56,669 nt of DNA from contig CAZSZQ010000004.1 of assembly GCA_964610475.1 (NCBI GenBank), forward strand, positions 1-56,669, read 5' to 3'. Numbering within the stretch: the stretch's first letter is position 1; every line of letters begins with the position of its first letter. Positions 8,178-17,401 of this stretch are shown piece after piece. Origin of the DNA: an uncultured Desulfatiglans sp. Lineage in GTDB: Bacteria; Desulfobacterota; DSM-4660; Desulfatiglandales; HGW-15. The translations under genes and the position numbers were made by a program. The notes under the pieces were generated by a model. The model ran no database searches. It was not told where the DNA came from and saw nothing but the letters and a program-made list of their open reading frames with translations.

Positions 8178-11033
8178 ATGGCTGTAAATGAAATCAGGAT
8201 AAGAGGGGCAAGAGTACATAACCTTAAAAATATCAATCTTGATATTCCAAGGGACAGGATTGTTGTTATTACCGGCATGTCCGGATCAGGAAAATCCTCC
8301 CTTGCCTTTGATACGATTTATGCTGAAGGACAGAGACGGTATGTTGAATCTCTTTCAGCCTATGCCCGCCAGTTTCTTGAACAGATGGAGAAACCTGATG
8401 TGGACTCAATAGACGGCCTTTCTCCTGCTATTTCAATCGAGCAGCTTGCCTCCAGCAGAAATCCGCGTTCAACAGTTGCGACCGTTACTGAGATATACGA
8501 CTACCTCAGGTTACTCTATGCAAGGATAGGTCATTCTCATTGTCCAAAATGCGGGATAGAGATATCTGCTCAGACAACACAGGCCGTTGTTGACAGGATA
8601 ATGTCTCTTGAGGAGGGAACCAGAATCCAGATACTGGCCCCTGTTGTAGAAGGACGCAAGGGTGAATTCCGTCAGCTTTTTGATAAACTGAGAAAAGACG
8701 GTTTTACCCGTGTCAGGATTGATAATGAGATCAGGTTGCTGGACGATGATATCAATCTCGAAAAAAATAAAAAGCATAACATGAGCGTTATCGTCGACAG
8801 GCTCATAATCAATAAGGAGATAAAAAATCGCCTTACGGATTCGATGGAGCTTACTCTCAGGATGGCTGATGGTCAGGCCGTTGTTGATGTTATCGGCTCA
8901 GAAGAAATTTTCTTCAGTATAAATGCTTCCTGCAGAAAATGTGGAATAAGTATCCCTGATCTTACACCTCAGATGTTTTCATTTAACAACCCACAGGGGG
9001 CATGCCCTGCATGCAGCGGCCTGGGACAGAAAAGATTTTTTGATCCTGATCTGATAGTGCCTGATCCGGGACTTTCACTTAGAGAGGGAGCGATTGCACC
9101 ATGGTCAAAAAGGAATTCTATATATTTTCAGCAGATGCTTGATTCTATCTGCAAAAAATATGATATCGATATATATCAGTCCTTCAGCAGTATCAGCAGC
9201 GAAAAACAGCAAACACTGATGTTCGGGTCAGGGGATGTTGTAATAAATTTTTATTTCGAAAAAGAAGGCAGACGTTATTATTATGACCGGCCTTTTGAAG
9301 GTGTCATCCCTGCCCTTGAAAGAAAATATACTGAAACAGACTCGATCCAGGCAAGGGAAGAAATTGAAAGATACATGAACATAATGGAGTGCCCTGTATG
9401 TGAAGGCTCCAGAATAAACGAGATCAGCAGGTCAGTAAAGATAGGCGGGCATTCCATAAATGAACTGACTGCATTTTCCATAAAAAAGGCATATGATTTT
9501 TTTAATGGTCTCGTTTTGACCTCAAGAGAGGAACAGATATCAAAAAGGGTGATTAAGGAGTTAAGGAACAGGATATCATTTCTGAACAATATCGGTCTGT
9601 CATACCTGAGCCTTGACAGGACTTCTTCATCACTGTCAGGGGGAGAAAACCAGAGAATAAGACTTGCAACACAGATCAGTTCAGGTCTGGCAGGGGTTCT
9701 ATATGTGCTTGATGAACCCAGTATAGGACTTCACCAAAAAGACAACCGGTTATTACTTGATAATCTTGTAAGGTTAAAGAACCTCGGAAATACTGTACTC
9801 ATAGTTGAGCATGACACAGAAACCATTGAATCAGCTGATTACATAATTGATATGGGGCCTGGTGCCGGGATACATGGGGGAGAGGTTGTTTTCTGCGGGA
9901 CACCAAAGGAACTTTTGAAGGCCGGAAACTCCCTTACCGGAAAATACCTTTCCGGAATACTTAAAATACCTGTACCTGAAAAAAGGAGAAAGGGAACCGG
10001 TAAAAAACTTATTATCCGCGGAGCAGCACAGAACAACCTGAAGGATATTGATGTGGAACTTCCGCTTGGTACATTTATTTGTGTTACAGGTGTATCGGGT
10101 TCCGGAAAAAGCAGCCTCATAAACGAAACTCTCTATCCGGCCCTTGCCCAGAAACTTTACCGTTCAAAAAAGACTGTAGGAAAAGTCAGGGAAATAAAGG
10201 GAATTGAATATATTGACAAGGTTATAAGTATTGATCAGACACCCATAGGCAGAACCCCCCGGTCGAATCCTGCTACATATACAGGAATTCTCGCCTATAT
10301 AAGAGATCTGTTTGCCATGCTTCCGGAATCAAAAACGAGAGGATATAAATCAGGAAGATTCAGTTTTAATGTGAAAGGCGGCCGATGTGAAGCATGTAAT
10401 GGTGACGGACTTATAAAAATCGAAATGCACTTTCTGCCTGATGTACATGTCTTATGCGAAACATGCAAAGGAAGCAGATTTAACAGAGACACCCTTGAGA
10501 TAAAATACAGGGGTATGAACATTGCTGAAGTGCTTGATATGACTATAAACCAAAGCTTTAAATTTTTCGAAAATATACCTAATATAAAAAACAAACTCAA
10601 AACACTGCTAGATGTCGGTCTCGGCTATGTCAAACTGGGGCAATCAGCAACCACACTGTCAGGCGGGGAGGCGCAAAGGATTAAACTATCCAGAGAATTA
10701 AGCAAACGCAGCACCGGAAGAACAATGTACCTGCTTGATGAACCGACAACGGGACTCCATTTTGAAGATATTAAAAAACTGGTTGAGGTTTTAAGATATC
10801 TTGTTTCCATGGGAAATACTGTCATTGTGATCGAACACAACCTTGACGTGATCAAGACCGCCGACTACGTAATAGACCTTGGCCCTGAAGGCGGCGATAT
10901 GGGGGGCAACATTGTTGCAGAGGGAACACCTGAGGAGATTATACAAATAAAAGAATCTTATACTGCTGATTATCTGAAAAAGGTGCTGGACTTATCAAGT
11001 CAATCAAGTCAGGGCATGTATAATATTGATTGA
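8178..11033 (+). CDS. uvrA: Excinuclease ABC subunit A
   Basis: 951-aa ORF. Two ABC modules ([18 protein letters not shown]), two LSGGE signatures, CxxC zinc modules, and the canonical N-terminus [12 protein letters not shown]. Confidence 0.95.
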   Translation: MAVNEIRIRGARVHNLKNINLDIPRDRIVVITGMSGSGKSSLAFDTIYAEGQRRYVESLSAYARQFLEQMEKPDVDSIDGLSPAISIEQLASSRNPRSTVATVTEIYDYLRLLYARIGHSHCPKCGIEISAQTTQAVVDRIMSLEEGTRIQILAPVVEGRKGEFRQLFDKLRKDGFTRVRIDNEIRLLDDDINLEKNKKHNMSVIVDRLIINKEIKNRLTDSMELTLRMADGQAVVDVIGSEEIFFSINASCRKCGISIPDLTPQMFSFNNPQGACPACSGLGQKRFFDPDLIVPDPGLSLREGAIAPWSKRNSIYFQQMLDSICKKYDIDIYQSFSSISSEKQQTLMFGSGDVVINFYFEKEGRRYYYDRPFEGVIPALERKYTETDSIQAREEIERYMNIMECPVCEGSRINEISRSVKIGGHSINELTAFSIKKAYDFFNGLVLTSREEQISKRVIKELRNRISFLNNIGLSYLSLDRTSSSLSGGENQRIRLATQISSGLAGVLYVLDEPSIGLHQKDNRLLLDNLVRLKNLGNTVLIVEHDTETIESADYIIDMGPGAGIHGGEVVFCGTPKELLKAGNSLTGKYLSGILKIPVPEKRRKGTGKKLIIRGAAQNNLKDIDVELPLGTFICVTGVSGSGKSSLINETLYPALAQKLYRSKKTVGKVREIKGIEYIDKVISIDQTPIGRTPRSNPATYTGILAYIRDLFAMLPESKTRGYKSGRFSFNVKGGRCEACNGDGLIKIEMHFLPDVHVLCETCKGSRFNRDTLEIKYRGMNIAEVLDMTINQSFKFFENIPNIKNKLKTLLDVGLGYVKLGQSATTLSGGEAQRIKLSRELSKRSTGRTMYLLDEPTTGLHFEDIKKLVEVLRYLVSMGNTVIVIEHNLDVIKTADYVIDLGPEGGDMGGNIVAEGTPEEIIQIKESYTADYLKKVLDLSSQSSQGMYNID

Positions 11034-11376
11034 CCCATATCATTGTGACACATTGGTCTCCTGCAGTAACGGTTATAAACGACTGGCCTGTTCATGACGG
11101 AGATGTCGTGGCTATCCCCCCACACTAGGGCTAGCCTGGCTGCTTGGCAAAATCACACTGCCCCGTCTGATGGCCATTATATTAAGTTTATACTTTTCAG
11201 ATAAAGTGCTGACCCGGCTGGAACATAACCCTCAATAACTGCGGTAAACACCCTCACTAAAACAAGAAGACGACTAAAATTATGCATATAGTTGTCATTC
11301 AATTCATTGAAAGTTATCTTTAAAAATGCTACACAATCCACTTTGATTAATAAATAAAACCAACGGAGTAACATAT

Positions 11377-13500
11377 ATGAAAAAACTGATCACATCGGCT
11401 CTGCCCTATGTAAATAATATTCCCCATCTTGGAAATATCATCGGGTGTGTGTTGTCCGCTGACGTCTATGCAAGATTCTGCCGTCTTAGAGGATATGAAA
11501 CACTATATGTGTGCGGTACTGATGAATACGGCACAGCAACAGAAACAAAGGCAAGGGAAGAAGGACTCACTCCCCGTCAGATATGCGATAAATATCATGC
11601 GCTTCACAGGGAAATTTATGAGCATTTCAATATATCCTTTGATATATTCGGAAGGACATCAACTGAAAAGCAGACTGAGATAGCTCAGGGGATATTCAAA
11701 GACCTGGAGCAGGCAGGTTTGATATCAGAAGAGACTTCAAACCGTGTTTACTGTGAAAAGGATCATATGTTTCTTGCTGACAGATATGTTGAAGGCACCT
11801 GCCCCCATTGCGGAGATGAAGATGCCAGAGGGGATCAATGTGATAATTGTGGAAAACTTCTTGAACCTGAAAACCTTAAAAATCCCCGCTGCAAGATATG
11901 CGGTGCCAGACCTGCATTAAAAGAGACTTCCCATCTCTACTTGAATCTGGATAAACTCCAGGACAAACTGAAACAATGGTCGGATGATGTATCCAAAAGG
12001 GGTGATTGGACCAATAACGCAATCCAGACTACCCTCTCCTGGTTTGAAAAAGGCTTGCAGCCAAGACCCATCACAAGGGATTTATCATGGGGAATACCTG
12101 TACCAAGGCCAGGCTATGAAAAAAAGGTATTTTATGTCTGGTTTGATGCGCCAATAGGATACATATCAATCACAGCAAAAGATAGGGATGACTGGAAAGA
12201 ATGGTGGCAGAACCCTGATAAAGTTACACTTTATCAGTTCATGGCTAAGGACAATATCCCTTTTCATACAGTAATATTCCCTGCGTCGCTCATTGGCACA
12301 GGTAAAAACTGGACACTGCTTTATCATATCAATGCAACTGAATATCTGAATTATGAAAATGCCAAATTTTCCAAATCCAGAAATATCGGCGTGTTTGGAA
12401 ATGATGTTAAGGATACAGGCATACATATCGACCTGTGGCGGTTTTACCTTCTTGCAAATAGGCCTGAAAGAAATGATAGCCAGTTTATGTGGGATGACTT
12501 TATTGAAAAGGTCAATTCGGAATTCACAGACAATATAGGCAACATGGTTAACCGTGCTCTTGTATATTTAAAGAAAAACTTTAATGGCGTAATAAAAGAC
12601 TGCAAACTGCCTGAATCTCACAGTTCATTCATTGAGAAATGCCAAAAGGAGCTTGAACAGGTGACCGAGGCATTCGAGGCGGTCAAAATACGTGATGCCC
12701 TAAGAACGATACTTGCCATAGGAAACATGGGAAATAAATTTTTTCAGGATATGCAGCCATGGGAGCGTATAAAAACAGAACCGGGTCACGCCCATGCAAC
12801 TGTTTCAGTTCTTGCATATCTGGTAAAAAGTATTGCTATTGTGTTGAACCCTTTTATGCCTGAAACATCTGACAATATAAGAGAAATTCTGAATATTGAT
12901 AACTGGTCATGGGATGAGATAGGCAGGTTTCAAGGAATGGACGGGCATATAATCAGCCAGCCATCAATCGTCCATAAAAAACTTGATCCCAAGCTTGCAG
13001 AAAAATTCAGAAAGCAGTTCAGCGGAAAACAATCTGACTTTGGCCGAGCGCAGTTGAAAATTGGAAGGATCATAGAAGTAAAAAATCATCCGGATGCTGA
13101 TCAATTGTACTGGCTCTCGGTTGACCTTGGTGAAGAAAGGCCAAGAAGTGTTATAGCGGGCCTGGTAAGCAGGTACACACCTGAAGAACTTACAGGGAGA
13201 AAGGTTATTCTTCTTGCCAACCTGAAACCAGCAAGGATCAGAGACATAGAGTCAGAGGGTATGATCCTGGTTTGTAAACACAGAAACAAGATGGAACTAT
13301 TGGACGGAAGCCCCTTTGAATTAGGACAGTTGGTGACAGTAGACAAACAGAAAATAGATCACAATGAACTGACCATTGAAGAATTTAATAAGATCGATCT
13401 TCTGGTTAAGGACGGATTTTTGTGGTCAGACGGGCAGAAGTGCCAAATCGGAGGCAAACCTGTTGAGACTAATCAGCTCAAAACCGGAAAAGTATGCTGA
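11377..13500 (+). CDS. metG: Methionine--tRNA ligase with C-terminal tRNA-binding OB domain plus an EMAPII-like tail
   Basis: 707-aa ORF. HIGH-type motif PHLGN, KMSKS-type motif KFSKS, zinc knuckles CPHCG...CDNCG...CKICG, and a Trbp111-like block LKIGRIIEVKNHPDADQLY. Confidence 0.95.
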   Translation: MKKLITSALPYVNNIPHLGNIIGCVLSADVYARFCRLRGYETLYVCGTDEYGTATETKAREEGLTPRQICDKYHALHREIYEHFNISFDIFGRTSTEKQTEIAQGIFKDLEQAGLISEETSNRVYCEKDHMFLADRYVEGTCPHCGDEDARGDQCDNCGKLLEPENLKNPRCKICGARPALKETSHLYLNLDKLQDKLKQWSDDVSKRGDWTNNAIQTTLSWFEKGLQPRPITRDLSWGIPVPRPGYEKKVFYVWFDAPIGYISITAKDRDDWKEWWQNPDKVTLYQFMAKDNIPFHTVIFPASLIGTGKNWTLLYHINATEYLNYENAKFSKSRNIGVFGNDVKDTGIHIDLWRFYLLANRPERNDSQFMWDDFIEKVNSEFTDNIGNMVNRALVYLKKNFNGVIKDCKLPESHSSFIEKCQKELEQVTEAFEAVKIRDALRTILAIGNMGNKFFQDMQPWERIKTEPGHAHATVSVLAYLVKSIAIVLNPFMPETSDNIREILNIDNWSWDEIGRFQGMDGHIISQPSIVHKKLDPKLAEKFRKQFSGKQSDFGRAQLKIGRIIEVKNHPDADQLYWLSVDLGEERPRSVIAGLVSRYTPEELTGRKVILLANLKPARIRDIESEGMILVCKHRNKMELLDGSPFELGQLVTVDKQKIDHNELTIEEFNKIDLLVKDGFLWSDGQKCQIGGKPVETNQLKTGKVC

Positions 13501-13624
13501 AACAATAGGAAAACGTAAATTTATTAAGTTATCATCCTCAAGACAGCATGAATATCTTGCTTTTCTGGCCAGGGAAACCCTTCAGACAGGTGATTTTACC
13601 GGCTTTTATAAACGATATAAGGAA

Positions 13625-14239
13625 ATGCATTCCTGGGTGGAGCTTGACCAATATTCTCCTCCCCAATATCTCACAGATAAAGAGGCTGTATATGAGCACT
13701 TTTTATTTCACAGGGGCTTTAGCGGAAATCCCGAGTTCCTTGAAGAAAAGGAACGTCCGGATAACGCACAGGGATTACTTGCATGGGAACCACGTTTGGA
13801 TATAACCATTGTACTGGACCAGGTAAGAAGCCCGTATAATACAGGTTCCGTACTCAGGCTCATTGATAATTTCGGTTTCAGAAGGCTTGTACACAATGCC
13901 CGGTGGCTGAGACTTGATCATGCCCAGCTTTGCAGGGCTGCAAGGGGTGCTGAGAAATGGATACCGGTCGAATATATGCCAGATCTGATTGGATGGATGA
14001 GTGAACTAAACATCCCTGTAATTGGCATTGAAAATTCAGCGAATGCTATATTAATAGATGAATGGCTGCCTGAGACACCCTGTGTTCTTATTTTAGGTAA
14101 TGAGGTTTATGGAATAGCAGCAAGATTGCGTGAACGATGTGACATACTTGTAAAGATACCAATGTTTGGATTCAAACAATCCATGAACCTCCACCATGCC
14201 CTTGCCATTGCAGGTTATAAAATAACTTCCGTGTTATAG
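13625..14239 (+). CDS. SpoU/TrmH-family RNA 2'-O-methyltransferase
   Basis: C-terminal SPOUT motifs VLDQVRSPYNTGSVLR, ILGNEVYGI and SMNLHHALAI. The ORF is open from 13376, but that would overlap metG by 125 nt, and the first in-frame ATG after the metG stop is 13625. The start is uncertain. Confidence 0.7.
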   Translation: MHSWVELDQYSPPQYLTDKEAVYEHFLFHRGFSGNPEFLEEKERPDNAQGLLAWEPRLDITIVLDQVRSPYNTGSVLRLIDNFGFRRLVHNARWLRLDHAQLCRAARGAEKWIPVEYMPDLIGWMSELNIPVIGIENSANAILIDEWLPETPCVLILGNEVYGIAARLRERCDILVKIPMFGFKQSMNLHHALAIAGYKITSVL

Positions 14240-15601
14240 CTAACTGCTTTGTTCAGCCACTATCAGCCACGTATTATTTACTTTCTTTAACAGAAGCATT
14301 TTATCAGATACCACTGAAAAATTTGAGGATCTGTAATTCTGGGAGAATCTGACAGCAATCTGATCACTATTATCAGGATTCGATATCTTTATGTCCGATA
14401 TCTCAACCTTTATCCATTTTTTCATTTTGTTTTTTTTTATTTTATCAGATGTCCAGCCTTTTTTATCCAGACTCCCTGATCTAAAGTCATTTGAATAAAA
14501 AGAAGCATATTTTGCAAAATCACCTTTACCCCCTGCACTCATCTCCCAGGCGTTTTTCCACTCACTTATGAAGGTATAAACCTGGTTGTATAAATCACTA
14601 TCGGTTTCAATATCCTGTCCGGAAGATTTTTCAACAGGCGGTATAATTATTTTCTCATCAATAACCTGTTTTCGTATGGCTGATCCTTTATCAGACTGTA
14701 GCTTAGCCGCCAGTTCAGGCCCGGTATTTACGGATTCATCACCGGCAAGATCCTCAACAATGACTGGCTCTATAATACCATTGCGCATTTCAGATACAGA
14801 ATCATCACTATATCTTATCAAATATCCGCCAACTCCTGCTAAAATTACAATAAAGGAAATCATATATATTGATAAAATTTTTCTTAACCAAATTGGTATA
14901 ACTCCATACCTGATTATACCCAGTGTAAAATTTTCATCTCCTCCTTTTCTACGAAATAGTTCAATAATGCTTTTACATATCTTTTTCGGATTTTTAACCT
15001 TCCTAGATAACCATTGTATATCTCTATTTGAAACTCTTTCTGTAAGTCTTTCGGTAGTAAGTATGACCATTCCCTTTTTATCGAGAGGGTATTTTTTTAT
15101 ATATACATCAGATGTCTCATGAATTCCGAGACCTTTTATTAATGCCTGAAGTGCACGGGGATCATCATACCTTTTTTCTGCGAAAGGATCTTCTTCCCTT
15201 AGTGTATGGTCCCGTGTAAGCTGATTTAATTCATGATCCTGAAAAATGTATATTCTTGAATCACCCAGATGAGAAAAATACATTATCTTATTCTGGATAT
15301 ACATAATGCATACGGAGGCAGCCATCTTTTCATTGAGCCTGACCCTTTCTTCAAGGATTGCCCTGTTTGCTTCCTCCAAGGCATAGGCAATTGCGTCAGC
15401 AGGTGATTTGATCTTTTCAAAATATTTATTAAATGCTTCAAGGATAGTTTTACAGGCCAGATCGGATGCTTTTGAACCCAGAGAATCTCTGCCGACACCA
15501 TCAATTATTACAAATAGATTATTTTGGTGGATAAAGTTATTTTCCTTTTTAAATCCCTTGCCGTCAGAATAGGTAACAAATGTATAGTCTATATTTTTCA
15601 T
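14240..15601 (-). CDS. PP2C-family Ser/Thr phosphatase with a TM helix and a C-terminal NTF2/SnoaL-like domain
   Basis: 453-aa ORF. PP2C motifs IIDGVGRD and LGDSRIY, TM segment ILSIYMISFIVILAGVGGYLI, and a C-terminal block EWKNAWE...FSQNYRS...NTWLIVAEQ. Confidence 0.7.
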   Translation of the reverse strand: MKNIDYTFVTYSDGKGFKKENNFIHQNNLFVIIDGVGRDSLGSKASDLACKTILEAFNKYFEKIKSPADAIAYALEEANRAILEERVRLNEKMAASVCIMYIQNKIMYFSHLGDSRIYIFQDHELNQLTRDHTLREEDPFAEKRYDDPRALQALIKGLGIHETSDVYIKKYPLDKKGMVILTTERLTERVSNRDIQWLSRKVKNPKKICKSIIELFRRKGGDENFTLGIIRYGVIPIWLRKILSIYMISFIVILAGVGGYLIRYSDDSVSEMRNGIIEPVIVEDLAGDESVNTGPELAAKLQSDKGSAIRKQVIDEKIIIPPVEKSSGQDIETDSDLYNQVYTFISEWKNAWEMSAGGKGDFAKYASFYSNDFRSGSLDKKGWTSDKIKKNKMKKWIKVEISDIKISNPDNSDQIAVRFSQNYRSSNFSVVSDKMLLLKKVNNTWLIVAEQSS

Positions 15602-15740
15602 TAGTAGGTTGGAAAATGAAAGTATTTTAAAATCTATTATCAGAGATATACAGAATGAGTCAAGTTCAAATAGATCTTAACTGCACAGAATATTTTATAT
15701 ATATTAATCTTTCGAATAATGGAAGGAATAGATGGTAAAT

Positions 15741-15772
15741 CCATTCCGGAATTCAAATAATTTCCGGAATGG
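15741..15772 (-). terminator. Hairpin downstream of comEA (possible terminator)
   Basis: Perfect 11-bp inverted repeat CCATTCCGGAA / TTCCGGAATGG with a 10-nt loop, 13 nt after the comEA stop. There is no clear U-tract. Confidence 0.4.
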
Positions 15773-15784
15773 ATTCAGAAAAGA

Positions 15785-16075
15785 CTAACCCTCTTTATTG
15801 ACAAAGATAAGGTCTTTAATTGAATCAAACTTCTTCTGACCAATACCTTTCACATTCATTAAATCCTCAATCTTTTCAAACTTACCATTTTTTTCTCTAT
15901 ACTCGATGATCTTTTCTGCATACGTTTCACCAATACCTTTCAACCTGACAAGATCCTGAACTGTTGCCTTATTCAGGTCAATCTTATCCACATCAGGTGT
16001 TTGTGCAATTCCTGCTGCTGCAAATGCAAAAATGAAAAAGATTACTAAAATCCGTCTAAATTTTAACATCTCCAT
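15785..16075 (-). CDS. comEA: ComEA-type helix-hairpin-helix DNA-binding protein with signal peptide
   Basis: 96-aa ORF. Signal-like N-terminus, then LNKATVQDLVRLKGIGETYAEKIIEYREKNGKFEKIEDLMNVKGIGQKKF (tandem HhH). Confidence 0.8.
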   Translation of the reverse strand: MEMLKFRRILVIFFIFAFAAAGIAQTPDVDKIDLNKATVQDLVRLKGIGETYAEKIIEYREKNGKFEKIEDLMNVKGIGQKKFDSIKDLIFVNKEG

Positions 16076-16180
16076 GCAAAATCCTCCTTTTTACCTAAAG
16101 GTTAATAAAATCCATCAAAGGAATATCCGTTCCATGATGGCACAAGACAATTTCTTCACTTAAGTGTGCATAACGTCAAT

Positions 16181-16195
16181 ACAATATCAGTGCCA
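16181..16195 (-). promoter_or_regulatory. Candidate sigma-54 (-24/-12) promoter upstream of comEA
   Basis: Minus strand reads TGGCAC-TGATA-TTGTA, about 106 nt upstream of the comEA ATG. It has the same -24/-12 elements (TGGCAC, TTGTA) as the 5695 site; the N5 spacer differs. Confidence 0.45.
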
Positions 16196-16356
16196 GACCT
16201 TAGTACTCTTTTAAAAAACCGGGGGTGGGAATTCTGATGATATGTGTTTATTCAATTATTTTAATATGTTAGTACAAATCTGAACTGCTCAGATTTTAAA
16301 ACAGCATTAATATGGATAATCTCTATTAAACGGATTTAGACATTTTCTTGTGGATA

Positions 16357-16396
16357 TGCACTGTTTCAGGTGTTTTAATGCACATAAACCGTTGCA
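16357..16396. promoter_or_regulatory. Two degenerate TGCAC-N8 dyads (putative UAS or operator)
   Basis: TGCAC(16357-16361)-N8-GTGTT and TGCAC(16379-16383)-N8-TTGCA, starts 22 bp apart. They lie 162 bp upstream of the minus-strand TGGCAC, mirroring 5346-5383. They are also about 60-95 bp upstream of the plus-strand cNMP gene. Confidence 0.35.
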
Positions 16397-16452
16397 AAAA
16401 AAACAAAATACCTGCAAATGATCAGAAAAGCGTTTTATAAGATCTGACAGGA

Positions 16453-17016
16453 ATGTTTTTTGCATATAAACAGAAAAGGGAAAAGGATATGAGAGACTCA
16501 GGGAATATTCAGGGAAACAATGAGATAATAAAAAAATTACGCTCAATAACCCCGCTTAAACATATAAGAGACGAGGATATTAAAGGACTTTTAAAATCCG
16601 GCAGAATAATAAAATATGACCCGGGTGAAGTCATTATAGACGAAGGCGAATACAGCAGCTTGATATATTTCTTAATACAGGGTGAGACGGGCATCAAAAA
16701 GGAAGGTGAAATAATAAACACTCTTAAACGGTGTGGCGATCTTTTTGGTGAAATGAGTATAATCGACAATGCCCCGAGATCAGCTTCAATTGTTGCCATT
16801 ACCACTACGGTATGTCTGGCAATTGATACTTCATATACTCAGACTTTAAAGGGAAATGATAGAAATGCTTTTAATTCGGTTTTATACAGAATTTTTGCCG
16901 AAATACTAGCGGAAAGACTCAGACAGATGGATGAAGAACTTATCAAAGTAAAAAATGAAAATTATAATATTGTTACTCAGCTTGAGATGTTAAAAACCGG
17001 TGCTGACCAGAGGTAG
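16453..17016 (+). CDS. Cyclic-nucleotide-binding domain protein without a DNA-binding domain (C-terminal coiled coil)
   Basis: 187-aa ORF. cNMP-binding signature GDLFGEMSIIDNAPRSASIVA. The C-terminus (LRQMDEELIKVKNENYNIVTQLEMLK) is coiled-coil-like, not an HTH. The start may instead be ATG 16489. Confidence 0.75.
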   Translation: MFFAYKQKREKDMRDSGNIQGNNEIIKKLRSITPLKHIRDEDIKGLLKSGRIIKYDPGEVIIDEGEYSSLIYFLIQGETGIKKEGEIINTLKRCGDLFGEMSIIDNAPRSASIVAITTTVCLAIDTSYTQTLKGNDRNAFNSVLYRIFAEILAERLRQMDEELIKVKNENYNIVTQLEMLKTGADQR

Positions 17017-17026
17017 TTACCCTGAT

Positions 17027-17230
17027 ATGCTTGATTGCTTAAAATGCAAATATTATTATATAACATGGGACAAAAACTTTCCATGCGGATGCAGGGCTAT
17101 GGGTTTTAAAAGCAGAGAACTGCCCTCAGCTGCTGTGCTTGATAATTCAGGTATGGATTGTCTTCAATTTAAAACAAAAACAAACAGGAAAAAGATAAGC
17201 AGGGTATTTTTAAAGGCAAAACTTATCTGA
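17027..17230 (+). CDS. Small Cys-rich hypothetical protein
   Basis: ORF 17000..17230. The internal ATG at 17027 gives MLDCLKCKYYYITWDKNFPCGCRAMGFKSRELPSAAVLDNSGMDCLQF (CxxC...CxC...C). It follows the cNMP gene with a small gap. No family is assigned. Confidence 0.45.
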   Translation: MLDCLKCKYYYITWDKNFPCGCRAMGFKSRELPSAAVLDNSGMDCLQFKTKTNRKKISRVFLKAKLI

Positions 17231-17320
17231 TCACATAGTATTATTTTTATCCAATAAACAACTTTTCAATTCTCTTTCCAAGATTTTTGTTCAACTCACT
17301 CTCATGACAGATTGATTACC

Positions 17321-17349
17321 TTGACATATTTCCCTCTCCTTGAGAATAT
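17321..17349 (+). promoter_or_regulatory. Sigma-70-like promoter upstream of the bicupin gene
   Basis: TTGACA (17321-17326), a 17-nt spacer, then GAATAT (17344-17349). Confidence 0.35.
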
Positions 17350-17401
17350 GAATCACTGATGGTCTATAGTGAAGTAAATGTTTTTGAGGTGGATTTTACT
17401 A

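Noticed and set aside
10261-10275. GGTCGAATCCTGC, resembling a tRNA T-arm
   Set aside because: It is inside the uvrA coding frame (RSNPATY), and no acceptor or anticodon arms can be drawn around it.
11120-11180. Minus-strand CCAAGCAGCCAGGC, reminiscent of the SRP (4.5S) RNA GGAAGCAGCC motif
   Set aside because: The flanking sequence lacks the conserved GGUCCGGAAGGA segment. It also lacks the complementary 3' strand needed for the domain IV helix.
14586-15122. Large antisense ORFs in the track. Examples: 14586..15122, 2786..3190, 19152..19469, 20688..21122, 28622..29077, 29074..29631, 33727..34134, 42513..42830, 44905..45252, 50257..50757, 55526..55918
   Set aside because: Each is fully embedded antisense in a motif-supported gene. 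The translations are Ser/Leu/Ile/Phe-rich low complexity, as expected for shadow frames in AT-rich DNA.
16133-16150. Plus-strand TGGCAC-aagac-AATT as a sigma-54 promoter
   Set aside because: The -12 element is absent (no TTG/GC at the N5 spacing), and the nearest plus-strand gene is more than 300 nt away.
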